Below are positions 52,132-64,000 of a DNA stretch of 64,000 nt, piece after piece (the stretch's first letter is position 1; each line of letters starts with the position of its first letter). The position numbers were made by a program, and so were the translations under genes. Location: the NCBI GenBank assembly GCA_951406725.2, contig OX597816.1, positions 37,386,001 through 37,450,000 of the forward strand. Direction: 5' to 3'. Origin of the DNA: Octopus vulgaris (lineage: Eukaryota). A model generated the notes under the pieces. That model saw only the letters and a list, made by a program, of their open reading frames with translations, searched no databases and was not told where the DNA came from.

Positions 52132-53159
52132 AAAGGATGTGTTATAGCATTGTTCCACATTTACAAAAACAGCCATACCAACACTCAAACATACCTCCAT
52201 CATCAGCTGCCCCACATATGTCATTATGTTTTCGACACCTGAGCAGTACCATTCAATCCGGCGGTGTCAACAGCACTAAAGGAAGTATTGTTTGAGAACA
52301 AATATACTAAAAAACCACACCTTTCAAACACATTTACCCCAAGTACAACAGTATTCAATCTAAATGCAGGCAGGATTAAACACTAATTCTGAAATTAAAC
52401 TACAAGAAATATAAATCTACGTACATCTGTATCGGTATTAATTGTAAACCTACAATAACTAAATTATTTACTAAATGGCGACCAATCTTTAAGTCCATAC
52501 AAATAATAATCCCACCAATTTTCCATAGTTACTACTATAATAAAAGAAAGTGAACGATTTATTACAATTCTCTCCAAAATAAATCACGATTGAATATAAT
52601 TTAACGAAAAATATAATAATTATGAGTGAAATACATTATTTCATAAAATTAAAAAGTTAATAATAAAATCACTACATACTCTTAATATATATTAGCCTTA
52701 CAAGCTATAATGTAAACTTACCAGTAACTAATAGGAACATTAAATTTATTATATAACTAATAAAAGTACACTTGTAATTAACTATTAACATAAAACTTTG
52801 CTACGATACATAATAAAAAATAACAGGGTATTAGAAACTGTTTAGTATTATTTATTCATCAGCGTCATTTAATTTCTGTCTGAAGAATTTCTAACAGAAA
52901 ATTCCTTATATATCTAACATTTAAAACTTTGTAATTCCTATTTGCAAATGAAACGTGTAACAGTGAATAAGTGATATCAAACAAATTCCAATTTCCTGTT
53001 TTGTTATGCGATAACTCAGCAAATAATATTTTCATAATGCTCAATTTTAATAAGTATTCTGCATTAACGGACAGTAGCACCTGAGACTACATATTAGATT
53101 GTAATAATGTAGATGTGTTTCAAGAGGAAACAGCTGGGATTTACCCTAGCTACGTACAT

Positions 53160-53235
<76 letters not shown>

Positions 53236-53256
53236 TAGATAGATAAATAGATAGAC

Positions 53257-53311
<55 letters not shown>

Positions 53312-53312
53312 C

Positions 53313-53425
<113 letters not shown>

Positions 53426-55420
53426 TGTTTCTTTATTAGCCACACAGGGCTGCACACAGATAGAACATATTACAAGGTAGAGCTTTTCTTTTGGGAGTAA
53501 AAAAGGGAGTGGTGGTTTTCGATCAAAAGGGATCGTAAAAGGAAAGAAAGAGGACAAAAAAAAGGGAGGGGTTAAAAAAAAAGGGGGGGGAGCAAAAAAA
53601 ACAAAAGAAAAACAAAAAAAATGAATAATAGGGATCGTTATCACAGAAATGTCAATATGAAGTGTAAAGGGGAGGACAGGTGAGGTATACCCGTGGAAAA
53701 AAAAAGCCTACGGAAAAGACCACGGTAACCTCGGTCAATGAAGTCACATGTTATATTTCTTTTTTTTTTTGCAAATAAGCAATTATCTGTATTAATTTTT
53801 ACGGTTCATAGAATGATAGTCAAGGTGGCTTCGTCATTCATACGTGCCATCCTTGCTACATTCACCCATCTTTTTAAAACATTCACTAGACAAAACTTGC
53901 CTCTCTACTCTCACTTTCCTCTTCAAGTGATACTTGAAGAAGTTGATGAGAGATTGACCAGAGAGGAAAGTGTTTGTCTCCAATCCTTTCAGACGCGTCC
54001 ACCAGATACATTCTTTCGCCATAGCCACAAGGATGATGAAAATAGCTCTTCCTTCCCGTTTGAAGGAAGGATGCGTGACGATATTAACGATAGACTCGGC
54101 TGATAAACCGACACGTCCCACACGTGACAGCAGTCGTTCGACATAAGCCCACAGGTCGAAAATTGCTGGACACTGCACGATTGCGTGCAGAGCGGTTTCG
54201 TCGCTCTGCCTGCATCTCGGGCAGGTCGGCCCCGTGTTTCTCGAGCCATGCCTATAGAGCTTATCCCGAACGGGTAGCGCTTCTCGGTAGCACTGCCAGG
54301 CCAGGGATCTCTGGAAGTTGTCCATAGGTCCCGGGCCGAAAGTCGTTTGAAACAGGCGGGTCAGGTATTCCTCGTCGACGCCCAGGTTTGCCCCGAGCTC
54401 GTCGTCGTACCTCCCCTCCACTAATCCCCTATAGAATGCTTTGGTTGTGTTGAAGTCACTCAAGGTCGACCCGGGACGGCAGAGTTGCTTGAGAGTAACG
54501 CGACACTCGCGGTGTCATTCGCCCTTCCTCGGCCTCTTTTTGATCCACGACTGTAGTTCGGTCATGGAGACGAGTTGCGGGAATGCGTGCCTCACAAACG
54601 GCGACCACACCTGTTCACCGTCGTCTACATAGAGCCGGAGATGTCGCAGTCTCAGCGCGTGTCTGCGCATCATCAACCACGGCATGCCCAGCCCTCCTTT
54701 TAAAGGGTGTTGACAGCAAATGGATCGCCTGACCATCGGGACGCATCCTTTCCACAAGAAGCGGAAGAGGATGCGTTCTAGTTCGGTGATGGTAGGGTCG
54801 GGACAAGGTACGACGGTCAGGCGGTAGTAGATGATGGACGCGATGTACGCGTTCACCACCTCCGCCCGACCTTTTAGGGACAGTTTCCTCTCGGCCCATT
54901 GCTGGGCGAGAGTGACCACCCTACTCGTTATCTCGTTCCAGTTCTTCTCCATTTGGAGGTCCGGACCGAACCAGACCCCGAGCAACTCAACCGGGCCGTC
55001 TGTCCAGCGTCCCACGACGGAGGTACTGGTGGACGGCATGGGCTTGCTTCTCCAGGTGCCGAGCCGCAAGCCCACTGACTTTTCCCGGTTGATTTTTGCT
55101 CCTGTCACCGCTTCGTAGTCTTTCAGTGTCTCGCCGACCCGCTCGATGTGCTCGTGGCTTGACACTATGACGGTGACGTCGTCCGCGTATGCAGACACGC
55201 TCGTCCCGCATCCCAATTCTCGCGGGATGCCCCTTAGAGTCGCCAGCTTCCGCAGTAGTGGCTCAAGAGTCAATACGTATAGAAGCGCCGAGAGGGGGCA
55301 TCCCTGACGGACCGAACGTGCAATGTCGAAAGGTCTCGATAGATGTCCATTTACGCGAATTACCGAACGGATGCCTCTGTACAAGGCAGCTATCCAGCCG
55401 CGGAAGACGGGACCGAAACC
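53426..55420 (-). mobile_element. Young 5'-truncated Tx1/L1-like LINE inserted in (GATA)n
   Basis: SVRQGCPLSALLYVLTLEP, AYADDV and CPRC...ETALHAIVQC motifs; one in-frame TGA at 54515-54517 separates the two listed ORFs; AATAAA near the 3' end; (TAGA)n on both flanks. Confidence 0.93.
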
Positions 55421-55510
<90 letters not shown>

Positions 55511-55589
55511 GAGGTTATATATACACACACATACGCATAGATACACGCGCATGCACACCACATACACACACACAGATATAGAAATATGT

Positions 55590-55875
55590 ATAGGCGCAGG
55601 GGGCGTGTTTTAAGCAGTTTACTTCCCAACCACTTAGTTCCGGGTTCAGTCCCACTGCGTGGAAACTTGGGCAGATACCTTCTACTATAGCTTCGGACCG
55701 ACCAAAACTTTGTGAGTGGATTTGGTAGAAAGAAACTGAAATAAGCTTGTTGGATATATATGTGTATATCAATGTGTGTGTGTCTTTGTGTCTGTATTTG
55801 CTTCTCCATCACCGCTTGACAAACAGTATTGGTATATTTACATCCCCTTAACTTAGCGGTTCGGCAAAACAGATC
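55590..55875 (+). mobile_element. SINE family B
   Basis: tRNA-like head with B box GGGTTCAGTCCC. Confidence 0.8.
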
Positions 55876-56788
55876 TAATGCTTGTAAAATAGAACTACGG
55901 AGGGCTAAGTATCTTTGACAGTTGAAACTACATTGTTGGATCCAATAAATAAACATTCATACTGGATTACAGTAACATAGTTCAATTCATGATCAAAATG
56001 CACTTTTCAAGAAATATGATGTATGATTGATTATTGACTATAAGAATCCAAGTTCATATAAGGGAACTGAGTCATTGTATCGTTTCTGTTTGACATGGAT
56101 ATTAACGATTTCAGTAAATTGAAAATGTTTCGTCTGAAAATCGATACTATCTCGTTATCCGATAAGTTCAGTAAACAAAGGTATTGGTATAATGTTTACG
56201 GAATTTTTGAAGAAAGTTCTTTATGCATAAAAATATAAATACTAAAAATATAAATACTAAAAATATAAATACTAAAATTCTTCAAAGTGATGCCCCAGCA
56301 TGGCGCAGTCTAATGACTGAAACAAATAATATATGTGTGCGTGTAGGTGTATGTATGTGTGTCTGAGTGTGTGTGTGTGTGTGCGCGCGCGCGCGCGCGA
56401 TAGAGAAAAGAGCCTAGTGACGTAGACATGGATGAACATAGATAAAAGCTGTTTGACGCGGTGTGGTAACCGGTGTTTACTATTGTATCGGTTTACTATT
56501 CTGTTTGCATGTCATGCATTGCTGTGTCGTATAATTTTACCCTGGAAATAATCTCCCTATGGATAACAAGGGATTGTCTATGATTGTCTACTATGCAATA
56601 GCACAAGGGCAATCTAGAGCTAAGATGATCTTTCCGGGATACAGTGACCAATATTTTGAAGGTCATTAACAATGAGTATCTTTGGTGACAACAATAACTT
56701 CGGTAAGTATCTTGTTAACGGATTCTTCAGCATGTCACGGGCAGAGTTGACAATCACAAACTCTAAGCTTATATCGAGGGCCCAGTCA

Positions 56789-57334
56789 AGGGCATCTGAC
56801 CCGCTAGAAGGAGTAGTTAAACTCCAAACCACTATTAGGGGTAATTAATTTCGAAAGGAAATGAAAAATAATAACATTTACTCCTATTTCCTGTACCATG
56901 GTTTCAAGCTATCTTCAGCAAATAAAATAATTTACTTGGCCAAGCACTCGTCAGCAGGAAAGCCAAGATTAACATATAAAGACAAGGCGATACAGAATAT
57001 GCCTCGTGTTTACATGTTATAACTTTTCAAAATCCACCGCGCAAGCGCGGTTTTTTATCGGCTGCAAATACAAAAATTGCCGATTTTCTTCCAAAATTAG
57101 CCAATAATCATTATATCATTATTAATAATTATGTTAATCTTGATATGTTTATATGTTAATTTTAGCTTTCCTGCTGATGAGAACTTCGCCAAGTAAAATA
57201 TTTTATTTGCTGAAGATAGCTTGAAACCATGGTACAGGAAATAGGGGTAAATATTTTTATTTTTCATTCCCTTTCGAAATTATCCCTAGTAGTGGTTTGG
57301 AGTTTACTACTCCTTCTAGCGGGTCAGATGTCCT
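56789..57334. mobile_element. Foldback/MITE-like element with inverted arms of about 190 bp
   Basis: 56789-56980 is the reverse complement of about 57148-57334; central hairpin CCGCGC-AA-GCGCGG at about 57038-57051. Confidence 0.75.
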
Positions 57335-57493
57335 GTTATGGATATCTCTTATATGTTTAAAAGTACACTGTATTTTTATATGAATAATATATAGTCTATT
57401 GACTAGTTTTTTTCTTCTCACTAGACCACTGGTAGCAAAGAAATTTTCTAAATTTTTGTTGTTACCCTGGAATTTATTTATATATATATATAT

Positions 57494-57803
57494 ATCACCG
57501 TGATCACCGTGACCGACCAGGTTATCAGATGTTGCTACACATCGCTGGTCACAATGCGCTTCGCATTGTTTTAGCCTTTAAATGACGCCACCCCGCTGGC
57601 TAAACGAGCAGGCCAACAGAAGAAAGAGTGAGAGAAAGTTGTGGCGAAAGAGTACAGCAGGGATCGCCACCACCCCCTGCGGAGCATCGTGGAGCTTTAG
57701 GTGTTTTCGCTCAATAAACACTCACAACGCCCGGTCTGGGAATCGAAACCGCGATCCTACGACCGCGAGTCCGCTGCCCTAACCACTGGGCCATTGTGCC
57801 ACC

Positions 57804-57834
<31 letters not shown>

Positions 57835-58124
57835 GAGGCGCAATGGCCCAGTGGTTAGGGCAGCGGACTCGCGGTTTCGATTCCCAGACCGGGCGTTGTG
57901 AGTGTTTATTGAGCGAAAACACCTAAAGCTCCACGATGCTCCGGCAGGGGTGGTGGCGATCCCTGCTGTACTCTTTCGCCACAACTTTCTCTCACTCTTT
58001 CTTCTGTTGGCCTGCTCGTTTAGCCAGCGGGGTGGCGTCATTTAAAGGCTAAAACAATGCGAAGCACATTGTGACCAGCGATGTGCAGCAACATCTTGTA
58101 ACCTGGTCGATCACGGTGATCACG

Positions 58125-58128
<4 letters not shown>
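57494..58128. mobile_element. Head-to-head pair of near full-length tRNA-derived SINE family C
   Basis: 57494-57803 minus and 57832-58128 plus, separated by (TA)n(TG)n; A box TGGCCCAGTGG, B box GGTTTCGATTCCC. Confidence 0.9.
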
Positions 58129-58198
<70 letters not shown>

Positions 58199-58379
58199 GG
58201 ATGCGATGGATAAATTGTCACCATTTTATATTTTCAATTTCGTGCATGCGCATTGTTTGCTTTTGACTTTGTCGGCTACACAGTTATTGTTTCAGTCATT
58301 AGATATCGGCCATGCTGGAGCGCCGCCTTGAAGAATTTTAGTCGAATGAATCAACCCCGCCACTTTTCTCGAAAATTTC

Positions 58380-58860
58380 ATTGAAGTATCACCATCAACG
58401 AAAGTATATTAATGTTCCTTAAAATTCGTTGATTGATCACCAAAACTTCCATCCGCCAGCAAATATCTACGCTGATCTCACTTTCACATACTAAAAGCGT
58501 GCACAAAATTGATACTACTTTCCAAATATTGTCATATATGACTGGGCGGGACATTATTCGCTCGCTCCATGCTGCTTCTGTCTATTCGGTTATCTTCAAT
58601 GACGAGATGAGCGTGATATGTAGGGTCAAGTCTTGACCTCATTCAGCTCACTTGCTGAAGTGCAATATTGATCAACAATATATCTCTTTGAGAAAGTAGT
58701 GAAGTGACTAACTCCAATATTGTTTAGTGGTACATTCGCGCCATAAAATATTATTGACCCTTGGGATTTGCCTGTGCTTCATTCTTACTAGTGGTGTGTA
58801 TAAATTCTCCTTTACACATTCCTTTGACAACAGTTAATCTATGAAGCATAAAGATATAGT
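58380..58860 (-). pseudogene. Possible very degenerate Helitron PIF1-like helicase remnant
   Basis: Minus strand NILWRECTT...SLHYFLKEI resembles the IIWDECTM...ALDRxLRDI motif; heavily disrupted. Confidence 0.35.
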
Positions 58861-59921
58861 TAATTTTTATATCAAAATATGAAATATTCACTGGAGTCAG
58901 AACTATCGACAATCAACTATCCTACTACATGTAATTAAATGTAATTCCAACTACTTGTAATTAAAAATTTAATATAGTCCCAAACAAGCCATATTCCCAA
59001 CAACTAATATTCGATGTATTTCTTTTAATGTCGACAGTAGTAATAGAAATATATATGTTGAAAAGATCTTGGTAGTGTTGGTATTTTTATTCATTGCTTT
59101 TATCAGGAAATTAATGTAGTTTACATATCATGAATTGATTGAGAAAGTATTTCCATTGGAGCATTTAATCTCACCATTGCAGATAAACGACACAACTGTC
59201 CAACGAACGGAATCTCCATTGTCTAATAAAATGAACTGAACTGCACCTCCACAATGGTACAATGAAGATTGAATGCTTGTAAAATAGAACTACGGAGGGC
59301 TAAGTATCTTTGACAGTTGAAACTACATTGTTGGATCCAATAAATAAACATTCATACTGGATTACAGTAACATAGTTCAATTCATGATCAAAATGCACTT
59401 TTAGAGAAATATGACGTATGATTGATTATTGACTATAAGAATCCAAGTTCATATAAGGGAACTGAGTTATTGTAACGCTTCTGTTTGACGTGGATATTAA
59501 CGATTTCAGTAAATTGAAAATGTTTCGTCTGAAAATCGATACTATTTCGTTATCCGATAAGCTCAGTAAACAAAGGTAATGGTATAATGCTTACGGAATT
59601 TTTGAAGAAAGTTCTTTATGCATATTTTTAGAATTAAGAAGTTGCATTTATAATAAGAAATATAACTAAACTATTAATATGTTTTATTTAGAGAATAGCT
59701 ATTAAATATAGACCACGTACTGTTGCTTACAAGTATTTATTACAATATAAATGTCAATGTCTGTATAAGTTTCCGCCGATACTTTTTTAAAACTTAAAAC
59801 AAAGAAGACAATTATTTAAGCATTTTATATTATGAGATTTATCAACTTTGTTCATACTAGAATCATATAGGCTAGCAGTAAATAAACAGATTTAAAAATT
59901 GTGTCCTATATTGCCTCGCAA

Positions 59922-59958
<37 letters not shown>

Positions 59959-60085
59959 CCCACCATCTCTTATACATACCCACGCGCACCTTCGTTTTGG
60001 TATCACTACTACTTTATTATCTCCCCTTCTTCCTAGCTTTCCTGTGTGACCCTTCTGTCCGGCATTCGCCCTGATAGAGCGCTAG

Positions 60086-60294
60086 CCACTACACATTCTT
60101 TATTTTCTCTCCTTGTTTCTTTCTGTGGAAGAGCGTAGGCTCGAAACGTTAAAGACATTTTTCACTTCCCGAACGTTACACTAATACATCTGTTTGTTGT
60201 CTACACCATCTGTCTTCGTCTTTTCTTTTTTGCTTTTTAATGATTTCTCCATATATATATATATACATATACATATACATATATACACATATAT

Positions 60295-60364
<70 letters not shown>

Positions 60365-60377
60365 TATATATGTAAAT

Positions 60378-60445
<68 letters not shown>

Positions 60446-60640
60446 ATGATAGATCGGTAGCCACTACACACACATTTATTCTCTCCTTGTTTCTTTCTGT
60501 GTTCCTTTCTGTGGAAGAGAGTAGGCTCGAAGCGTAAAAGACTTTTTTCAATTCCCGAGCGTTATACTAATACATCTGTTTGTTTTCTACACCACCTGTC
60601 TCCGCCTTTTGTTGTTTTTTTCGTGAATACTTCCCATATA
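60086..60640 (+). mobile_element. Two tandem short PLE-type repeats (about 60086-60250 and 60459-60640), each with a minimal HHR-like motif
   Basis: TCTTT-CTGTGGA-A-GAGC-GTAG-GCTC-GAAA-C-GTT-AAAGA at 60118-60155; a more degenerate copy at about 60505-60541. Confidence 0.6.
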
Positions 60641-60799
60641 TCACACGCTCACGTGGTCGCACCAGTTGATCCTGTTTCGTTTCATTACCCACGATCTTCT
60701 CCGCTGGACTTTCTACCTTTCTACCCTTTACGGATTCTCTTTTGGACTTTTTAAACTCCGGCTGCACCTCTCCTATCTATGGATTATTCTGGACTCTAC

Positions 60800-60802
60800 T
60801 TT

Positions 60803-60869
<67 letters not shown>

Positions 60870-60879
60870 TGTATGTATG

Positions 60880-60959
<80 letters not shown>

Positions 60960-60962
60960 TAT

Positions 60963-61029
<67 letters not shown>

Positions 61030-61030
61030 T

Positions 61031-61060
<30 letters not shown>
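60800..61060. repeat. (GATA)n-(TA)n-(TAA)n-(CAA)n compound microsatellite
   Basis: Directly visible. Confidence 0.95.
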
Positions 61061-61061
<1 letters not shown>

Positions 61062-61108
61062 TCGAAAAGTAACGTAGGAATTAGAAACCAAGTTGGAAAT
61101 TAGCTCAT

Positions 61109-61154
61109 GACACATGAAGAACTCTGGAGAGTATATCAGCCGAAACGTTGTGTT
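61109..61154 (+). ncRNA. Degenerate minimal HHR
   Basis: GACAC-ATGAAGA-actCTG...CAGcc-GAAA-C-GTT-GTGTT; C3 and the base of stem II are mutated. Confidence 0.45.
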
Positions 61155-61479
61155 ACCAACAAAAAAGATGAGGACGAATTTCGATCAAATGTAAATAGTG
61201 TACATAATTCTTCATCTTTGAAATATACGAGTGTCTGTTCTCTTTGTTGAATATAGTCCTTCTTTCTATATATTCTTCTCTGTGGGAGTCAATCGTATTG
61301 CAAACTCTGCGAAGTAGTTTGTATTTGTCCCTATAAGTAAGGATCGCTTATGTAATTGCTTCAACGTAGCATTTGAATTGCATATTTAGAGAATTTTTTA
61401 ATACTTCTTTTGTTGAGATAAAATTCGTTTTTAATCTAAAATATACTATCCTCCATTTTCTACAATGCTCTTCCATCTA

Positions 61480-62510
61480 TCTGGTAGACTTGCAAGGCCT
61501 CTCTTTCAAAATTCGTTTTCTTTGAGGAAAAATACTCCTCCAGCACTGTTAGACCTCATCTACAGAATTCATATTTTTTCCGTCCAAATGATTTTGAAGA
61601 CTGCGAAATAAATGATAATCAAATGGGCGAAAATGGTGGACGGGGCATAGTTTTCCATTCAAACTGCTCCAATCTTTGGAATATCATCCACGCTGTATGT
61701 GGCCGAGCTTTACCCTGATGGAAGAATACCTTTCGTCTTGAAATCCAAGATAGTCGTTATTCTTCTAGCGACGACTTAAGCCGCTCAAACTGCTCGCAGT
61801 AGATCTCCTTTATTATCATTTGGGTTGGGTTTAAAAGTGGGCTAAACTTTTCCTATCCCACCAAACAGATAAAAACATCTTACGATTGTTAAGACCTTAT
61901 TTAGCCTGGGGTGTCGGTGTTTCTCCTCTCGCTACCCACTATCTTCGACGTTTGACACTTTTATAGAGAACACATTTCTCGACACCCGTCTCTATGCGGT
62001 TCGAAAAGATTTATTCGTGAGAAGTGACAGCAAAGACGGACACACATTCAGTCAGCACGCGATTAGACTCAGTAAGTTTGTGAAGAACATATTGAACCAA
62101 TTTGATGACTGTTTTCCGATTGCACACGAACAACTCCAAGCTTCTCTGCTAGTTCCTCAAAAGAGATTATGTGATTTGTTTTTCCACCACGGTTTGCAGG
62201 ACGTCCACATCGAACTCTACAGATATTCCAGGGCGACGCTCGTCTTTTACGCTGTAGTTTACAGCTCGGAATTTCTGAAACCACCGCTTACACTAGCTTA
62301 CGGTTATTGTCCGATCACCATACACCGTAATAATATCCCTCGCACTTTCCAATCAGGTATTACCTTTATTGAATTCGTAAAGCAAAATGTACCGAATGTG
62401 ATACTTTGTCACTTGCAATATCGCATTGAAAACATAGCTGTTAGAATCGAACAGCACTCTTCAAAACTTGCACTAAAAATGAGCACATGGCAACATTACT
62501 ACCTGATTTT
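61480..62510 (-). mobile_element. Degenerate mariner
   Basis: HIRYILLYEFNKG...KRWFQKFR...; FFHQGKARPH...LEQFEWKTMPRPPFSP motifs. Confidence 0.85.
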
Positions 62511-62650
62511 ATAGCAGGTTGATGCAGGTAGTTTATCCCGCCCCCCTCCGACTTGTATTTCCTGCAATTGAAAAAGCCGCATCATCTATGGAATGACCCT
62601 ATATATATATATATATATATATATACTTTATTTTAAGCAGCAGAAAATTC

Positions 62651-62703
62651 AACAAAATCTGTTACTCTGAGTTTCTCGTTGCCGTTCATCAGACAGTTTT
62701 TGC
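62651..62703 (-). ncRNA. Minimal type I HHR with canonical CUGAUGA, inverted directly upstream of a GIY-YIG ORF
   Basis: CTGT-CTGATGA-ACG-GCAA-CGA-GAAA-CTC-A-GAGTA-ACAG; same family as 10701-10897. Confidence 0.8.
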
Positions 62704-62705
62704 TA

Positions 62706-63119
62706 GAATGGAACCGATATATCAATTCAATCTATACTCTTACAAACGCTACAGGCTCATCGGAATACAAGACATACACAGGGGCTTCAGAAAATTCATT
62801 TAAAACAAGATTTTATTCTCATAAAAATTCGTTTAAATACCCAGAGAATAGGAAGAAAACCAGCCTAGCAAAATATGTCTGGGAACTAAAAGAAAAGGAA
62901 GCCCCACCTTTCAACGTGACATGGAGCATTCTGGACAGGGCGGCACCATACAGGCATGGAGCATGCAAAAATAATTTCAAGTGCAAGCTTTGTCTATTAG
63001 AAAAAATGTACATCTTATTCAAAGACAATAATTCTTTGAATCAAAGAAGTGAGCTAATGAACTTATGTAGGCACGCGGCTAAATTTAAAATGTCGAATAT
63101 AAATATACCATATGGATAG
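62706..63119 (+). pseudogene. 5'-truncated PLE GIY-YIG endonuclease domain
   Basis: SIY...YTGASENSFKTRFYSH...TSLAKYVWELK...WSIL...CKLCLLEK...LNQRSELMNLCRH; related to 8238-8669. Confidence 0.9.
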
Positions 63120-64000
63120 AGTATATATTTTGTATTTTTGATTTTTGATTTTGATTTTGACTCTTGAACGATGAGCGCTACGATGGATTTTGTTTCCAAG
63201 CTATGCGGATCTTAATCCGTATAGCAAAGTCTTATGTTTCTACATATATATTAGGAAAAACCTCCAACTTTGTTTTCATGTTATTGTATTGTATAGGATT
63301 ACCTTGATTATTTATATTACCTTGATTATTTATAAATGACCCAAAATAGGATGTTATATTTTATTTTATATGTCTTTCGTATATATTTTTATTAATGCAC
63401 CCATTTTTTTTTTAAAAAAGCAATGTTTTTTTTAAAAAAAGCAATGTTGTCAAAATTAGAATGTTGATATAAGTATGTGTATAGCAAAGCATATGTATTT
63501 GTAAGCATGCGTATCTGTGTATGTGTAAGTGAAAGTATGTTTGTGCTTAAGCACACATATACACGACTGTATGTATATGTATCCATTCAAACTTATGTAT
63601 GTATACTTGTCTCCATATATGCCAATAATGCCGTTACACTGCTTGTATACATATTTTTTTCTTGTTTCGTTTTTTTCCCTACACCTCCTTCGTTCCTTTT
63701 TCTCTCTCTCCCTTTCTTTCGTTCCCCCCTTACTCAGTATATGAGAATCGCTACATAGATCTTTTTTAACTTGCGTGCGAGATGGTTTTGCGTGAATATA
63801 TGTACACATGCTTTTATGTGTATATTTAGATTTATATTCATACGTCTGTATATGTATGGCGTTTGCGCGCATAATTTTGTGTATGTTGATATATATATGT
63901 AGATTTTAATATAAATATCTATTGCAGTGTAATATTTATAACAGGTTTAATTTCTATGCATTAATTTGCACTTTCTTCATTAACGTCAATATGTATTTTA

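Larger units (their letters stand above)
50621..52608. repeat. Local duplication: 50621-50748 matches 51190-51317, and 50750-51032 matches 52321-52608
   Basis: Near-identical direct repeats; the first copy lacks the roughly 1 kb PLE-containing interval. Confidence 0.85.
55877..59624. repeat. Direct repeat of about 350 bp (55877-56229 and 59272-59624)
   Basis: Near-identical copies 3395 bp apart. Confidence 0.9.

Noticed and set aside
54515-54517. In-frame TGA in the Tx1-like ORF as possible selenocysteine or read-through
   Set aside because: More simply a TGG-to-TGA nonsense change in a 5'-truncated dead copy; no SECIS was seen.
58020-58125. Structured 3' end of SINE family C with AAAAC, hairpins and CTGAT
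   Set aside because: It lacks G12 and an NUH triplet; more simply a LINE-derived tail stem-loop.

Overview
AT-rich eukaryotic DNA made almost entirely of microsatellites and transposon debris. The SINE families, (TA)n/(TACA)n/(GATA)n density and TTAGGG repeats suggest an octopus or other cephalopod genome (inference). I found no supportable host protein-coding exon; most listed ORFs are microsatellite translations. Recognisable elements: five Penelope-like retroelement (PLE) remnants (RT and/or GIY-YIG), several mariner, Tc1 and pogo/Tigger remnants, RTE, R4/Dong-like and Tx1/L1-like LINE fragments, non-autonomous Helitrons, many tRNA-derived SINEs (some in tandem arrays with TSDs), a foldback MITE and an interstitial (CCCTAA)n tract inside a SINE. 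The main signal, invisible in the ORF track, is a dense set of hammerhead ribozyme (HHR) motifs from several distinct PLE-type terminal-repeat families. These include minimal forms that probably need to dimerise, U4C and U3:A8 core variants, and an insertion whose homology ends at the predicted cleavage site. The best candidate for something new is a repeat family (about 1023-1129 and 3211-3281, minus strand) whose HHR strands appear in a non-circularly permuted, pseudoknotted order. All RNA structures were read by eye and need covariance and cleavage testing.
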